The notes below the pieces were generated by a model. It had not been told where the DNA came from. It saw only the letters and a list, made by a program, of their open reading frames with translations, and did no database searches. A program made the translations under genes and the position numbers. DNA of 63,284 nucleotides, the filler included, from Perkinsus chesapeaki ATCC PRA-425 (lineage: Eukaryota; Protista; Perkinsozoa): NCBI GenBank assembly GCA_013115145.1. It is 9 parts of 9 records of this genome, joined end to end, with 100 filler letters (N's around TTAATTAATTAA, not from the genome) between each part and the next. Parts side by side here need not be neighbours in the genome. Positions count along the whole stretch, not along the records: positions 60,974 to 63,284 come from JAAPAO010001630.1; 8 more parts are not named here. One strand, given 5' to 3'. Shown here in pieces: positions 60,974-63,284 of the stretch (its first letter is position 1; each line of letters starts with the position of its first letter).

Positions 60974-63284
60974 TCTACCATTACCCTAATAATATATAAT
61001 ATAATAATATGTACTATTGATAATATAATACCAGATATATATAATAGTCTATTCAATTTATATATTTATTAATTATAATACACTCATTAGATAAGATTAT
61101 CATATTATAAGTAATAAGATTATAGATATTAATATAATTATATATATATATTGGTTAACAACTCTTAAGTCTACATAATATTTATAATTAGTATTATATG
61201 CTGGCTAATCTTTATATTATATTTTATCAGTTTTATATCTTTATTATATGGTATTATATATATAAATATTAATTATAATAGCTAATATTGATATAATATA
61301 CTATATTCTATGGTATTTATTAGATTATTATAACATTAGCGTTATTAAATTATTAATTATTATAATTTATATGTATTTATAAGTATAATAATATTGATAT
61401 AATAATATATAATACTTCTATTAAATGATAATAGATATTAATATTTATATAATAATTATTTATATTTTTATAATTTACATAATTATATATTACAATTAAT
61501 ACGATACTATAATATATATGTATGTAATGTAATAATATAATATAGAAATAACTAGTCATATATACACTATCATTTGTATAATTACTATTATTTTTGTATT
61601 CTAATATAATTTTATTATTAAACATGTAATTATTATAATATATTAAGTAACTTAATATATATTTATAATATGATAAGATATAATTATAATATTTTATATT
61701 TACAATTGTAGATAATAATGTTAATAATATTATATTGTTATATACTATATTATATGAATTTAATATTAATATATTTACATGATAATAATTTATATAATTA
61801 TGATAATATATTCAGTAGAAACTTACAAATAATAATATTTCATTACTAATAATTATTACTACTATCCATAATAATATTTTATAATCTAATACATTTAAAT
61901 TTAACATATCTAATATATTATATTTCATTCATATATTAATATTTATTAATAATAAGCTACTATTATATACTGTTATTATATTACTATTATTATATATATA
62001 TATTGATAATATTGCTGTTATTATTACACCTAATATAGTTATAATTGATAATGTTTATATTTAATTCAAATGTATTATAGTATATTTTTATATATAAATT
62101 ATTCTTATTATTATATCTTTATTAAATATTATAGATGTATATATTTATCATATCTATTAACAATATAATTATCTATAGATTATCTAATATATTAACTACT
62201 TATAATACTATATAATATGGAATAGATTACTAGTGTTCATTATATATATTTATGAATACCTAATATAATAAAATATAATATATTCTGTATTTATATATCT
62301 AATTAATATAATAACAAATATAATATAAATGATATTATTATTAAATAAATCTATTATAAATATATAGTGTATTATACAGGTTGTAAATATAATGTTAAAT
62401 ATATATAATATCTCTATATCTCATTAGTTCATTATTAATATTATATATTATGATAAATTAATACTATACCTTATTATAATTAATTACAAATATAAGTATT
62501 ATGCCTATAGTTATAGATTATATTGTATTCTGATGGGTATAAAATAATGATATTGATATAAATAATCTTATAATATAACATAATATTATATATAGTATAA
62601 AATAGTGTATATTACTTCATTATTAATATTAATTGATAATATATTTATTGCTAGTTTATACCTCTAGTTTATATATATATTACTGATATAATAGCTAGTT
62701 ATACTAATATTAATATAATATATATTATTTGTTAATATCAATAAATACAATATATAATCTATAATATACTATTTATTATAATATAACTGATATATGGTAA
62801 TATCTAATATTATATTTATACTTATTATAATATATATTTAGCATTATTTATAGTATTAATATTCAGTATTTATATATATATATTTATAAATAGCTATAAG
62901 AAGATGTTATATTATATATATTTGTAATACTATTAATAATGATATAAGGGATATCCATAGAAATATATATATTTATTTATACCTCATTACCATATATTAT
63001 ATAATATTTAATGTATTGATAAATATTTATAGATTACAATATTAATAGTATATATAGTGATATTATTATAGAATTATAGGGCATATTAATATAGATTATC
63101 ATGATATTGAATGCCTTTATTTATAATATTATATTATATATTTTAATACCTTATTTATATAAATATATTACTAATATTATAATTAATAAAGTATTATATA
63201 CCACCCTTCGCATTATTTATTAAATAATGAATATCAGATATATTAATATGTTAAATTATATAAAATAGATATATACTATATTAT
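60974..63284. other. Mitochondrial DNA contig (or very recent NUMT)
   Basis: Abruptly much more AT-rich than every other contig, and carries cox3 in the mitochondrial code. Confidence 0.85.
61377..62054 (-). CDS. cox3: Mitochondrial cytochrome c oxidase subunit 3, highly divergent; TGA=Trp; 5' end unresolved (may extend to about 62118 via a frameshift)
   Basis: The frame is open for 225 codons if TGA is Trp. IIISNEILLFVSFYW(TGA)IYYH, NNIILL, NDSVYMTSYFYIILLHYIH and YYHLIEVLY align with the conserved cox3 motifs SE..FF.FFW..FH, LNT.ILL, ND.VY...F....GLH..H and YWHFV(D/E). Confidence 0.88.

Noticed and set aside
60974-61065. Possible start of cox1 or cob on the minus strand (LLYISGIILSIVHIIILYII-AGG)
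   Set aside because: Only about 30 codons of AT-driven hydrophobic sequence. Spacing does not fit cox1 and no diagnostic motif is present.

Overview
Eukaryotic DNA, most likely from a Perkinsus-like alveolate. This is inferred from the short GT-AG introns and from a very AT-rich mitochondrial piece carrying cox3 with TGA read as Trp. The window is not contiguous. Nine contigs are joined by eight 100-nt N linkers containing TTAATTAATTAA, and there are three plain N gaps, so synteny must not be read across linkers. Recognisable genes are two GAPDH 5' ends, two SDRs, a PPIL3-type cyclophilin, a multi-EF-hand protein, GH19 chitinase (one full copy and one partial), three tandem group I truncated haemoglobins, a SET protein, an AEC-family transporter, a GPI-anchored protein pair, two SAM methyltransferases, tRNA-Arg(TCG) and mitochondrial cox3. 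There are also Tc1/mariner MITEs, a decayed LINE and several minisatellites. The most striking unexplained signal is a stereotyped 22-nt zig-zag scar: T[1-7] + reverse complement of T[1-8] + T[2-8], where T is an 8-bp target. By eye I found 7 copies with perfect 6-bp arms and 8 near-perfect copies. One sits in a stray 28S rRNA fragment, which shows that it is an exact +14-nt insertion. The geometry fits hAT-type hairpin excision repaired by annealing the two opened hairpins, which is my inference.
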